Source of the DNA: an uncultured Candidatus Bathyarchaeia archaeon
GTDB lineage: Archaea > Thermoproteota > Bathyarchaeia > 40CM-2-53-6 > CAVXDP01
DNA length: 52,744 bases
NCBI GenBank assembly: GCA_964464765.1
Contig: CAYXJU010000002.1
Location: 1 to 52,744 of the forward strand
Direction: 5' to 3'
How positions within the stretch are numbered: position 1 is the stretch's first letter; every line of letters begins with the position of its first letter. The position numbers were made by a program, and so were the translations under genes. Under the pieces are notes generated by a model that did not search any database, was not told where the DNA came from, and saw only the letters and a list, made by a program, of their open reading frames with translations. Below, in pieces: positions 10,345 to 18,245 of the stretch.

Positions 10345-10593
10345 TTGCGAGGTCTCAGCGCCTTTGACATAGGGGTCCTGCTCTTCTTTTTCGGCCTCAC
10401 CAGAACGATCTTGTTCTTCAAGACACCGCCTAAGATGAATCTACAATCAAGTCTAATCTTAGCGTCTCTAGGTCTCTTCCTAGTTTATGTTGGAAATAGG
10501 ACCACCATGTACATTGGTACAATCATCGCGGCATCAGCTTTCAGCTTCCTCTACATGTATTCTATCGAACATTTCTTGAAAAGGTCGAGATGA
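10345..10593 (+). CDS. Small hypothetical membrane protein
   Basis: 82-aa ORF with 3 hydrophobic segments. The frame stays open for another 61 hydrophobic codons after the TGA (see findings). Confidence 0.35.
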   Translation: MRGLSAFDIGVLLFFFGLTRTILFFKTPPKMNLQSSLILASLGLFLVYVGNRTTMYIGTIIAASAFSFLYMYSIEHFLKRSR

Positions 10594-11194
10594 AACCAGA
10601 GGTCGCAGGACAGGAATCTTCGAAGGATCAGTTGGAATACGGGCTGTGCTGGATCGCTTTTCGCCGGACTCGTTGCAGAATTGTCGCTCTCCTATGCCTT
10701 CCTGGCTGCTTCTGTGATAGGGCTGGTCTTCGTTGCAGCTCTCACTATAACTAGGTACAGGAAACTCAATTCATCGTAAACCAGCAGACCTAGTTTTTCA
10801 AATTCGAGACATGATCGGGATAAAAGTCGAGGCCTCGAAAATTTCGATTTCCAGTGTCCTTTAGCCAGATGATCCTGCGACGTTATCAGTCGCGCCGAGG
10901 AGAACCGGAATGACCCACGATCAGATTACGTTGATTTACCTTCTCATCCTTTCATGTCACTCGACCTTGAAACCATTTGCTCAGAAGTGCACACACCTTC
11001 GCAGTCACTGAAACCGATCTGTCTTGAAAGCTTTGTCGCTTGACATAGCATATCAACTCAAAAGGTGCTGCCATGACATGTGGTCGCTGTGGCACTCCAA
11101 AGAAGAATAATCGAAGAGAAAATAAAAATAGGTCTGCAAATCTTGCAGAATCTTTCGCGCCGTATCTAACTGACTCTCCAGTGATGGAAGTATG

Positions 11195-11380
11195 TTAGAT
11201 ACTTACCTGTCCCTCCGTATTTCCACACTGTGGACACCGCCAAAGACGCTGATCAGAAAACATAATCATTGGCGTTCTGCAGATCCAGCAAATTCTTGTC
11301 GGAACGGGAACAACCACACACGGAGGAGGATTATATCTTATTCCTTTCAATACAAGGCGAGGGTAGATTGTTTGGGTCAT
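11195..11380 (-). CDS. Small zinc-ribbon protein (hypothetical)
   Basis: 61 aa with a CWICRT...CPQCG pair. No family recognised. Confidence 0.35.
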   Translation of the reverse strand: MTQTIYPRLVLKGIRYNPPPCVVVPVPTRICWICRTPMIMFSDQRLWRCPQCGNTEGQVSI

Positions 11381-11540
11381 ATCAACGTCACTACATTCGC
11401 ATCATAAACATTTCACGTTAAAAGGTTTGTTCCAATTCAACTCACTCTCGCTCGCTACTTGCATAGTTGGTTGATGGTTATCTCAACCGCCATCGGCGCA
11501 AGAAAGAAGCAAGGGCGATTCGGCTTTCAAAAAGCCTTCT

Positions 11541-11903
11541 CTATGCGTCCTGAGTCAACTTTACTCCATATTTTCGGCCAATCTTATTCACGATAGGCGT
11601 AGTAGGTCCAGGTTCCAGCGATATTCCAACAACTGCGTCAGGAATCCTAAGAAAAGCGATTGAACATTTTCCGAAATTCAGTCTAACGCTCTTCAGATCA
11701 CCGAAGTACTTTTCGACGTCAGCACAAACCTTAACGAGAATTGGTTCGATGAAACCAAAGAAATCTAGATCACTCTCTTTATCAGTCAGAGATTTGACGC
11801 CTGGCCTCTGCTTCATTTCCAAGACGTTTTTCATTGCTCCATCTAAATGGGCGACGAATCTTATTCTATTATCTAATTCCAGTATCTCATCGCAAAGACC
11901 CAA
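11541..11903 (-). CDS. Hypothetical protein (possibly roadblock/LC7-like fold)
   Basis: 120-aa ORF with clean boundaries. The alpha/beta pattern only loosely resembles roadblock-type small regulators. Confidence 0.35.
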   Translation of the reverse strand: MGLCDEILELDNRIRFVAHLDGAMKNVLEMKQRPGVKSLTDKESDLDFFGFIEPILVKVCADVEKYFGDLKSVRLNFGKCSIAFLRIPDAVVGISLEPGPTTPIVNKIGRKYGVKLTQDA

Positions 11904-11979
11904 TTCAACACGCCCTTGGCGAGCATGTACCCTTGCCCGAATTTATATGATTCTATCGTATCCATTGAAGACTTTCGGT

Positions 11980-12219
11980 CTATTCCTTCACAGGCATCGT
12001 TAGTGTCGATCTAACGCGGCTAAGCCCACGCAAAGAAGTAATGGAATCCTTAAGTCTGTCTGTCGTATCGGCTTCAAGCTTGACGAGAAGATCGTGGACT
12101 CCATAGGACACGTAGGCCTCTCTGACGTACTCCATTTTCTTCACTGCATCTAAGATTTCGTTTTCAGCACCCGCCTCTGCGTTTATCATCACAAACGCGA
12201 CGGCCACTATTCTATTCAC
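11980..12219 (-). CDS. Stand-alone Lrp/AsnC ligand-binding (RAM) domain protein
   Basis: 79 aa. AFVMINAEAG...V.EAYVSYGVHDLLVKLEA...VRSTLTM is the AsnC_trans_reg pattern without an HTH. It is a paralogue of 22872-23114. Confidence 0.7.
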   Translation of the reverse strand: MNRIVAVAFVMINAEAGAENEILDAVKKMEYVREAYVSYGVHDLLVKLEADTTDRLKDSITSLRGLSRVRSTLTMPVKE

Positions 12220-12271
12220 CTTTGTCTAGTGCGATTCGATTCTCAATAGGTTAAAGATTCTACCCCAAGAA

Positions 12272-12452
12272 GTGGATTCGGAAGTAAACATAGATGTCTT
12301 TTGGGGAAGTTCATTCGTTGTTGTGAGAATAGCGCTGAACGGGGGATTCCCCCCATCGCTACCGCTACATTCAGATTTCTTATCGTTGGCTCAATATTCG
12401 TTGTTATGGCGCTGTTCAATAAGGAGAAGTTGGCCGCATCCTAGGTTCCGAG
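12272..12452 (+). pseudogene. Remnant of an EamA/DMT-family transporter (N-terminal fragment, frameshifted)
   Basis: One frame reads VFWGSSFVVVRIALNGGFPP. The +1 frame continues IATATFRFLIVGSIFVVMALFNKEKL. Together they look like EamA TM1-TM2. Further DMT-like hydrophobic text (WEIWSIGFFETTLCFTFETVMY) appears after 12655 in another frame. Confidence 0.4.
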
Positions 12453-12507
12453 TTGTGGCGATCTAGGTCGTGAGCCGGGAACCCTTCATCATCCTGAAAC
12501 GGAGAAT

Positions 12508-12654
12508 TTGTGAGGAGCCAGAGAGGGAGAATGGCTCTCTGGCTCTGGGGCTCTGAGGAATCCAGAGACCTCTGCTGGGCTTCAGAGGTCTCTGGCTGGG
12601 CTGGATTCCATTCTAGTAGCAGATTCTGGCTTCAACGTCTTCGATTGTGAGGAG
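12508..12654. repeat. GC-rich double-hairpin element flanked by the 10-bp direct repeat TTGTGAGGAG (MITE-like or structured RNA)
   Basis: The direct repeat lies at 12508-12517 and 12645-12654. Hairpin 1 pairs AGCCAGAGAG (12516-12525) with CTCTCTGGCT (12535-12544). Hairpin 2 pairs GGAAT+CCAGAGACCTCTG (12557-12574) with CAGAGGTCTCTGG (12583-12595) and ATTCC (12605-12609). Confidence 0.5.
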
Positions 12655-13217
12655 TTTCCGCTTGGGAAATATGGTCCATTGGATTCTTTGAGACAACACT
12701 GTGTTTCACCTTTGAAACAGTAATGTATCACACCACCTTAAAAACATTGCTCAGAAATTCGATCTATCGACTACCGTTACATACAGTAGGATTGGTCTGA
12801 AATGATCTTCAGATCTGACACGACGTGATGATGATCAAACCCATTCGCAACTCCGGTTCATCCAGTCTTACTTCTATCTGAACTTGGTGAATGACACATT
12901 TGCGCGCACAACAACCTCGATAATCCTCTCCACCGCTCATCTGTAACCGCGAGTCTTAACGAACGAGAACAATTATGTTAATAAAGATTGTATTCCTATT
13001 GGCCGGCTCGATTCAGGCACACCAGCATAGAACATGCCTTCTGGCCATGTTTTTCCCATGTTGGTGTGCTTGAATCCATGAATTTCGCAATGACCAACAA
13101 GAGAGCTATTGAATCGCCGCCACACAGAAACCTCAATGGTGGTGGGACCCTTGGGATCCTAAGATTAGACTGGTTTCTGAAGGCTAACTGAATCAATACT
13201 GCTTGGCATTTAGGTCT

Positions 13218-13409
13218 TCAATTCTGGAAGCCCGCGACGATGGTTGGTTCGACCAGCATATTCGCCAGCTGCAAGAGATAGGTAAAGCATAGGTCTTCAG
13301 ACCACACAATCATGCCTGCAGTTTTCCCTGACTCAATTGACCCCCTGATGTTGTCTTCGAAGGCTGCGTAAGCACGTCCCATTGTAAGCCCCCCAAGATC
13401 GGTTTTCAT
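13218..13409 (-). pseudogene. C-terminal remnant of an amidohydrolase-family gene
   Basis: The 63-aa ORF GLTMGRAYAAFEDNIRGSIESGKTAGMIVWSEDL...VEPTIVAGF matches only the last ~60 residues of metal-dependent amidohydrolases (T.n.A.a.g....GsiE.GK.AD.vv...d.....V..TivgG). No upstream catalytic part is present. Confidence 0.5.
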
Positions 13410-13491
13410 GCTATGTGCATATAATGAATGTCCGCTCCTCCAGAAAGAGTTGAGTTAAAGAGCAAGGCGGCTTATTCTACCACGATTCTTT

Positions 13492-14157
13492 TTGAAACGT
13501 ATACCGACGGAGATGTTGCACTACGGTCGTGGCAGGCCTCGTGGTCAACGGCAGTCGATGGCTGAGGTAGTCAATTGCTGGTACCTGATAGGGGTTTCAG
13601 AGAAGTACGGGGTCAAGGCACATGAGTTACTCGCATCCTTTCAAGATGCATGGACACATGGCAAATCTGTATGCGACAGCATAACGATTCAATGCCGTCA
13701 AAAGACGGTTAACGATGGGGTCTTTCTTGTAACGCAGGGACAGAAAATAATCACACAGTTACGCCTCAGCGATACTATGTTGAGACATATGCCTAATGTT
13801 AATGTTGAAAGTTTTCAATGCGATCCCCCCACTTCGGTCCAGAATACTCAGAGCCTAGAACCAATTCAGATACAGATCAAAGACATGGGCACACAGGTCA
13901 AACGGGTTGATCTGAAAGCGAAAGTCGTTGAGAAGTCGGCCACGAGAACCGTCCATTCAAGCTATGGTGACCCTCTCCATCTTTCGATCGCTACAATTTC
14001 TGATGGGACTGGATCTATCAAATTGCCGCTTTGGAATGCCCAAGAGAACATGGTCTCTGTTGGTGATACGGTCGAAATCGAGAATGGACGACTTAGAAGA
14101 TACAGGGGAGAACTTCAAGTCAGCATTGGAAGACATGGTAAACTCAAAGTCATCTGA
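13492..14157 (+). CDS. OB-fold nucleic-acid-binding protein with an unrecognised N-terminal domain
   Basis: 221 aa. The C-terminal ~85 aa (VDLKAKVVEKS..RTV.....L.IATISDGTGSIKLPLWNAQ...VGDTVEIENGRLRRYRGELQVSIG) is a typical tRNA_anti/SSB-type OB fold. Confidence 0.55.
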   Translation: MKRIPTEMLHYGRGRPRGQRQSMAEVVNCWYLIGVSEKYGVKAHELLASFQDAWTHGKSVCDSITIQCRQKTVNDGVFLVTQGQKIITQLRLSDTMLRHMPNVNVESFQCDPPTSVQNTQSLEPIQIQIKDMGTQVKRVDLKAKVVEKSATRTVHSSYGDPLHLSIATISDGTGSIKLPLWNAQENMVSVGDTVEIENGRLRRYRGELQVSIGRHGKLKVI

Positions 14158-14263
14158 ACCTAGTCGATTAGGCCTCTTTCACTGGAATCTTAATCAATGA
14201 TAACGTCAGGGCTAAACTGCTATAACAGTGAGAACAACAAGAAAAAAGGGAGAGGTTTGAGGT

Positions 14264-14737
14264 TTAGCTTTTCCTTCTTCGGAGTATCAAGAAGGCCAGC
14301 GATGTTGCTGCGATGATAGCTGCGAAGGTTGTAGAAAACTCCGGAACGACTGTGAAGGCACTCTGAGTATTTCCATTCTCATAACCAGGTTTACTTGCTG
14401 AGATGTAGATGTTGCCGTCGCCACTAACTCCTTCTGGGGTTTTGAACCTGTCAACAAAAGCTCCGTTATTGCCAGTATAGACTAGCTCGAAATGCACTGC
14501 TTTTCCTGATGAGTCTACTGCCTGAACTGAAACCGCTGCGCCTTCCACCGGGTTGTGATCAATATCCGTCACTGTGCCTGTCACAACGGTATATCCACTG
14601 TCATTTGATATTTGGACCGAAACAGACAGTTGGTTCTGGGCTTTCACAATGCATAGACCTGGCGCATTCAATACTAGTACTAGCGCTAAGAGTATCGATA
14701 CAGTGGCCACTGATTTCATTGATAGAATCTTTTTCAT
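14264..14737 (-). CDS. Secreted Ig/carboxypeptidase-regulatory-like domain protein with PEF-CTERM sorting signal
   Basis: Signal peptide MKKILSMKSVATVSILLALVLVL. The C-terminus VVPEFSTTFAAIIAATSLAFLILRRRKS has a PEF motif, a TM helix and a basic tail. The ATG at 14737 overlaps the upstream stop (ATGA). The ORF track extends the ORF to 14755. Confidence 0.65.
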   Translation of the reverse strand: MKKILSMKSVATVSILLALVLVLNAPGLCIVKAQNQLSVSVQISNDSGYTVVTGTVTDIDHNPVEGAAVSVQAVDSSGKAVHFELVYTGNNGAFVDRFKTPEGVSGDGNIYISASKPGYENGNTQSAFTVVPEFSTTFAAIIAATSLAFLILRRRKS

Positions 14738-16338
14738 TGCAGGTTCGACCTCCATGTGAATTCTGTTTTTCTAGCAATGAGAGCGCTGAATGGCGAGGGG
14801 GCATCGGAGGCCGAGATTTCTGTGAAGGCTATCAGATTCGATGCGCTGGTTGCCATTGTGGTTTCACTTGTCTGGGTCGTTGTATTTGTAGTTGCAGATG
14901 TAGTCTGAGTAGTTGTCTCAGATGTCATCGTAGTATTAGTGGTATTTGTTGTTGCTGTTGTTGTGGTGGTCTCAGTTGTCTCAATTGTGGTGCTAGTTGT
15001 AGTTTGATTTGTCGTGGTACTTTCTGTTGTCGTTGTGGTCGTCGTCGTGGTGCTGGTTGATGATGTGCCTTCTACTATGAATTGGCCCTGTTCCTTGTCG
15101 AAGAATACTCCTCCTTGTGATATGTAGCCATTTGATACGTAGGCGTTGGCCGCGTACACTCCAAGGATTGCATTTTCTGCTAGGAAGAAATGAAACTCCA
15201 CTGTAACGACGTTGTCGTGGCTGAAGTCTGTCGATAGCAGGGTTATGTAGACTGGGATGTCAAGTGGATTGTCTATCTCCAGCCACACCATTCCTTTTTC
15301 TAGGTCAGCGCCTCGATTTATGACTTCAACTGAGAGCAAGACTTCTTGGCCTTGTTTGAATGTAGTGGTAGGAACTCCGTTCGCCGTGATATTCAAACTT
15401 AGAATGAAGACCGCTGGAGTGGTGCTTTGCCCAACTACGAAGGTTGAATGTGCCAGTCCGCTTTTTCCCTGGTAGATTGCGGAGACAGAGGTTGTGTATG
15501 TTCCATTTGCAGCGTTGTCCGGCAGGGTAAATGTATCGTTGAAGAATCCTTGAACGTCAGTGGATGTCTGGAATATATGTGCGGTAGATCCCAGTGGATT
15601 CTCAACCTGTATGGACACTGATCCCCCGTTTATGGAGTTTTGAGAGAAATCCGTGACTACGCCTTCAATGGTTACAGGTTCATTCGTTTCATAGGATAGC
15701 TTGTCGGTTGAGAAAGCGATCTTTAGGTTCTGGTTTTCTGTTGTAGCTGTAGAGGTGGTCGTTTGAATCGTTTGGGTAGATGTCGTAGTTTGAGCAGTTG
15801 TAGTTTCGGTGGTGATTTCTGCGTCCTTGATCGTCAATGCAACACTTGTTGTTTGGCTTTGTTTTCTGTTCATCGCGTTGATTGTCAATTCATACAATCC
15901 TGGTTTGACATCTTCGGTCACTATTGTGAGTCTTGATACGAAATTTGGCATGCCCATGTTTGGTGTGAAGATTCCAATTGTGTTTTCAGGCAACCCGCTT
16001 AGGGTGAGGTAAACGATGCCTTCGTTTGATTTTGTGTTTGAGACGAGAATTGAGTATTGGGCGTTATCTCCTGCTTCTATGCTCGCTACTGCAGGCTCAG
16101 CAATCAGCATTAAGCCACTGTTTCTTCTTCCTTCGTCACCTTCGTCGTGGTTAGCTATCCAACTATAGTTTCCAATCTGTGAATAGGTGGAGACATGGTC
16201 CGTTTGAAGCGCTCTGGTTACAGGTGCCAAAAGAACAAAGAGTAACAGAGTGGCGACCACCAGTGTTTTCCGAGAGATTCCGTTGTTTGGCGCTGAGTTT
16301 CTTGATTCGAGAACGTTATTGTATTTCATGTGATACAT
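14734..16338 (-). CDS. Large secreted cell-surface (S-layer/adhesin-like) glycoprotein candidate with Thr-rich linkers
   Basis: 534 aa with an N-terminal signal/TM segment (LVVATLLLFVLLAPV). Repeated beta-sandwich-like modules are present (YSILVSNT...GLYELTINA; GGSVSIQVENPLGS...NGTYTTSVSA). Two long Thr-rich tracts suggest O-glycosylated linkers. Confidence 0.7.
   Translation of the reverse strand: MYHMKYNNVLESRNSAPNNGISRKTLVVATLLLFVLLAPVTRALQTDHVSTYSQIGNYSWIANHDEGDEGRRNSGLMLIAEPAVASIEAGDNAQYSILVSNTKSNEGIVYLTLSGLPENTIGIFTPNMGMPNFVSRLTIVTEDVKPGLYELTINAMNRKQSQTTSVALTIKDAEITTETTTAQTTTSTQTIQTTTSTATTENQNLKIAFSTDKLSYETNEPVTIEGVVTDFSQNSINGGSVSIQVENPLGSTAHIFQTSTDVQGFFNDTFTLPDNAANGTYTTSVSAIYQGKSGLAHSTFVVGQSTTPAVFILSLNITANGVPTTTFKQGQEVLLSVEVINRGADLEKGMVWLEIDNPLDIPVYITLLSTDFSHDNVVTVEFHFFLAENAILGVYAANAYVSNGYISQGGVFFDKEQGQFIVEGTSSTSTTTTTTTTTESTTTNQTTTSTTIETTETTTTTATTNTTNTTMTSETTTQTTSATTNTTTQTSETTMATSASNLIAFTEISASDAPSPFSALIARKTEFTWRSNLQ
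14830..15060 (-). repeat. Low-complexity Thr-codon tract (coding, inside the surface protein gene)
   Basis: Encodes TSSTSTTTTTTTTTESTTTNQTTTSTTIETTETTTTTATTNTTNTT...TTTQTSETT. The opposite strand produces a spurious Cys-rich ORF (14509-15060). Confidence 0.8.
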
Positions 16339-16627
16339 TGCTGTTCACAGATAGCCCCTACAATCGTCTTGGTACTTAAACGTTTCCTATGAGGTACAAT
16401 ACCGTTCCATTACGAGCAACGTAGATAAAGGCACAACCATCAAGAATCCCCTTGCCTTGCATGGGTTTAGAAACCATGCTTTGGAGTTTTGACGACACGG
16501 TGGGGTCGTTGGGATCTTGACCGACTGCAACGTTGGGGTTAAACTGTCTTGAGTACTATAAACTTGTCATAAAGTAAAGCTTATTTGACTATATGTCATG
16601 TATACTTTACGTGGAGAATGACTCTCA

Positions 16628-17014
16628 ATGGACATTGGAAGTTACAGACGGTATCTGGCGTCACTGACGACAATTCTTGCAGCTGTTGTTGCATGGTCAG
16701 TGATATCGCAGAACATGATGCTTGCAGTAGCTGCAATTTCGACAAGCATGATCCTACTGTACTTGCTCAGGAAGAGAGTGAAGGAAGTAATGATCGATGA
16801 AAGAGTTCACAGAATAAGCGAAATGGCTTCGAGAACTTCGCTACAAATTTTTGGGTGGGTGAGCGCTGCATCCGCCTTCATTTTGATTGTCTTTGGAAAG
16901 GGCATTTCCACAGGTTTCGAACAAGCAGGATATACGTTGGCTTATGCAACATGCGCATTGTTGCTGCTGTACTCTGTTTTCTACAAGTACTATGGAAACA
17001 AGTTCGGCGATTGA
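16628..17014 (+). CDS. DUF2178-like membrane protein
   Basis: 128 aa with 4 TM segments and the central VMIDERVHRISEMASRTSLQIF motif typical of DUF2178. It sits immediately upstream of a small XRE HTH gene, which is the usual pairing. Confidence 0.55.
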   Translation: MDIGSYRRYLASLTTILAAVVAWSVISQNMMLAVAAISTSMILLYLLRKRVKEVMIDERVHRISEMASRTSLQIFGWVSAASAFILIVFGKGISTGFEQAGYTLAYATCALLLLYSVFYKYYGNKFGD

Positions 17015-17015
17015 T

Positions 17016-17207
17016 GTGAAGAATAAGCTCAGGGTCTACAGGGCAATGCACGATTTGACTCAGGAAGCACTTGCGGACAAAGTAGGGGTAACGAGACAGA
17101 CGATCATATCGATAGAAAAGGGAAATTATGATCCTTCACTTGGATTAGCCTTCAAAATAGCTGGATTCTTCCAAGTTAGAATTGAAGAAGTCTTTGTTCC
17201 CGAATAG
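17016..17207 (+). CDS. XRE-family helix-turn-helix transcriptional regulator
   Basis: (V)KNKLRVYRAMHDLTQEALADKVGVTRQTIISIEKGNYDPSLGLAFKIAGFFQVRIEEVF is a complete HTH_3 domain. The GTG at 17016 starts 2 nt after the DUF2178 stop. The ORF-track start at 16887 overlaps the upstream gene and is unlikely. Confidence 0.8.
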   Translation: MKNKLRVYRAMHDLTQEALADKVGVTRQTIISIEKGNYDPSLGLAFKIAGFFQVRIEEVFVPE

Positions 17208-17333
17208 AAAGTCGACTCGTATCTTACTTTCTGGACTCTCGTCGCAAATGGCGGCTGGAAAAGAATCTTCCCGAGACTGAGCGAAAAATGGGATCTTATC
17301 CGATGTTTGCTTTCCGTGTAAACTGTCTGATGG

Positions 17334-17675
17334 GTGTCAGTCTTGGAATGGTGTCAGTTCAAGCTATGGTATGGAAAAAATGTCAATCTTGAAGAGCTTT
17401 ACACATTCAGAAAATCATTGTTTCCCATTCTAGATCGATATGCTATTGAAAATTTCTTGGTTCTAAACGAGCCTGAAGCGATGTACTTCAGGGTAGAAGC
17501 AAAGACTGAGCATCTGAAGGAAATAGGAGAAGCACTCAATACGCTAGTCACACAATCAGGAAACCTCTTCTCCAACGTCACCTTTGAGAAATGGGACCCA
17601 GAACAGGATGCACAAGAGAGGATCTTAAGAGCGGCTCAGCACCTCGGATTGAAACTGGAAGATCGCAGGGCGTGA
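17334..17675 (+). CDS. Hypothetical protein (possibly the 5' part of a frameshifted gene)
   Basis: 113-aa ORF. Another frame is open from 17653 to 17906 (77 more codons), which suggests a disrupted ~190-aa gene. Confidence 0.3.
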   Translation: MSVLEWCQFKLWYGKNVNLEELYTFRKSLFPILDRYAIENFLVLNEPEAMYFRVEAKTEHLKEIGEALNTLVTQSGNLFSNVTFEKWDPEQDAQERILRAAQHLGLKLEDRRA

Positions 17676-18104
17676 ACCTCTCAATCATCAATGGATACCA
17701 ACCGTTGACAATCTGGATCTAAAGACTAAGGAATTTGCAACATTTATGTCGAGAGTCTTAGGGAAGTTTACGAGAGCATATGTTGAACAAATGCCTAGAT
17801 GTGTCGATGACAGATGGCTTCTGTCGGTACTGGTTCATCTGATTCTGGACTCAATCTCGATAGATCAATTGCAGGAACAGGGCATCAGAGATTTTCCATT
17901 TGCATAGAGGATAAGGTAGCCTTGAACCTCCTTTTCGGCCCAAATCGTCTTATGAGAGGCCTCAGAGTCCCAGAGAAGTGAGATTAGACCATCGTATTGC
18001 TCGGGCCTACTATTGGGGATACATCCCTGACCTAAGAATCCGCATGAACAAAGATACTGCAAAAACGAGAAAGATCCAAAGGTTGTTTAACCCCGATGAT
18101 AAGG

Positions 18105-18195
18105 TGGGGTCGGTGGGATTTGAACCCACGACCTCCTGGGCTCACGCCTTTAGGGTCCCGAGCCAGGTATCCTAACCAATCTAGACTACGACCCC
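18105..18195 (-). tRNA. tRNA-Pro (anticodon CGG) with a ~16-nt intron at or next to the anticodon loop
   Basis: The reverse complement reads GGGGTCG-TA-GTCTAGATTGGTTAGGAT-A-CCTGG-CTCGGGA-[CCCTAAAGGCGTGAGC]-CCAGG-AGGTC-GTGGGTTCAAATCCCAC-CGACCCC-A. All four arms pair. Confidence 0.85.
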
Positions 18196-18245
18196 ACGTT
18201 CTCTTCCAAAGGATAGGTGCATGTTAAAATTGCTTTCTTCAGAAT

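Noticed and set aside
12826-12885. Possible C/D-box sRNA (GTGATGATGA ... CTGA)
   Set aside because: C- and D-like boxes are present, but no D'/C' boxes occur at the expected 12-nt guide spacing and there is no terminal stem. It is indistinguishable from chance.
12996-13196. Track ORFs on both strands (66-67 aa), and a start-less frame with an H-C-x2-H-x3-H-x2-M copper-site-like motif
   Set aside because: No start codon, no N-terminal part, and only a short motif resemblance. It is kept as pseudogene debris in a finding and not called as a feature.
14509-15060. 183-aa Cys-rich plus-strand ORF (…CCCCCCGGLSCLNCG…)
   Set aside because: It is antisense to the Thr-codon (ACN) tract of the surface protein gene. 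Low-complexity complementarity creates the open frame.
17978-18175. 65-aa plus-strand ORF ending ...VGSVGFEPTTSWAHAFRVPSQVS
   Set aside because: It is the antisense or overlapping read-through of tRNA-Pro (18105-18195). The GFEPTT-type peptide is the classic artefact of translating a tRNA T-arm.
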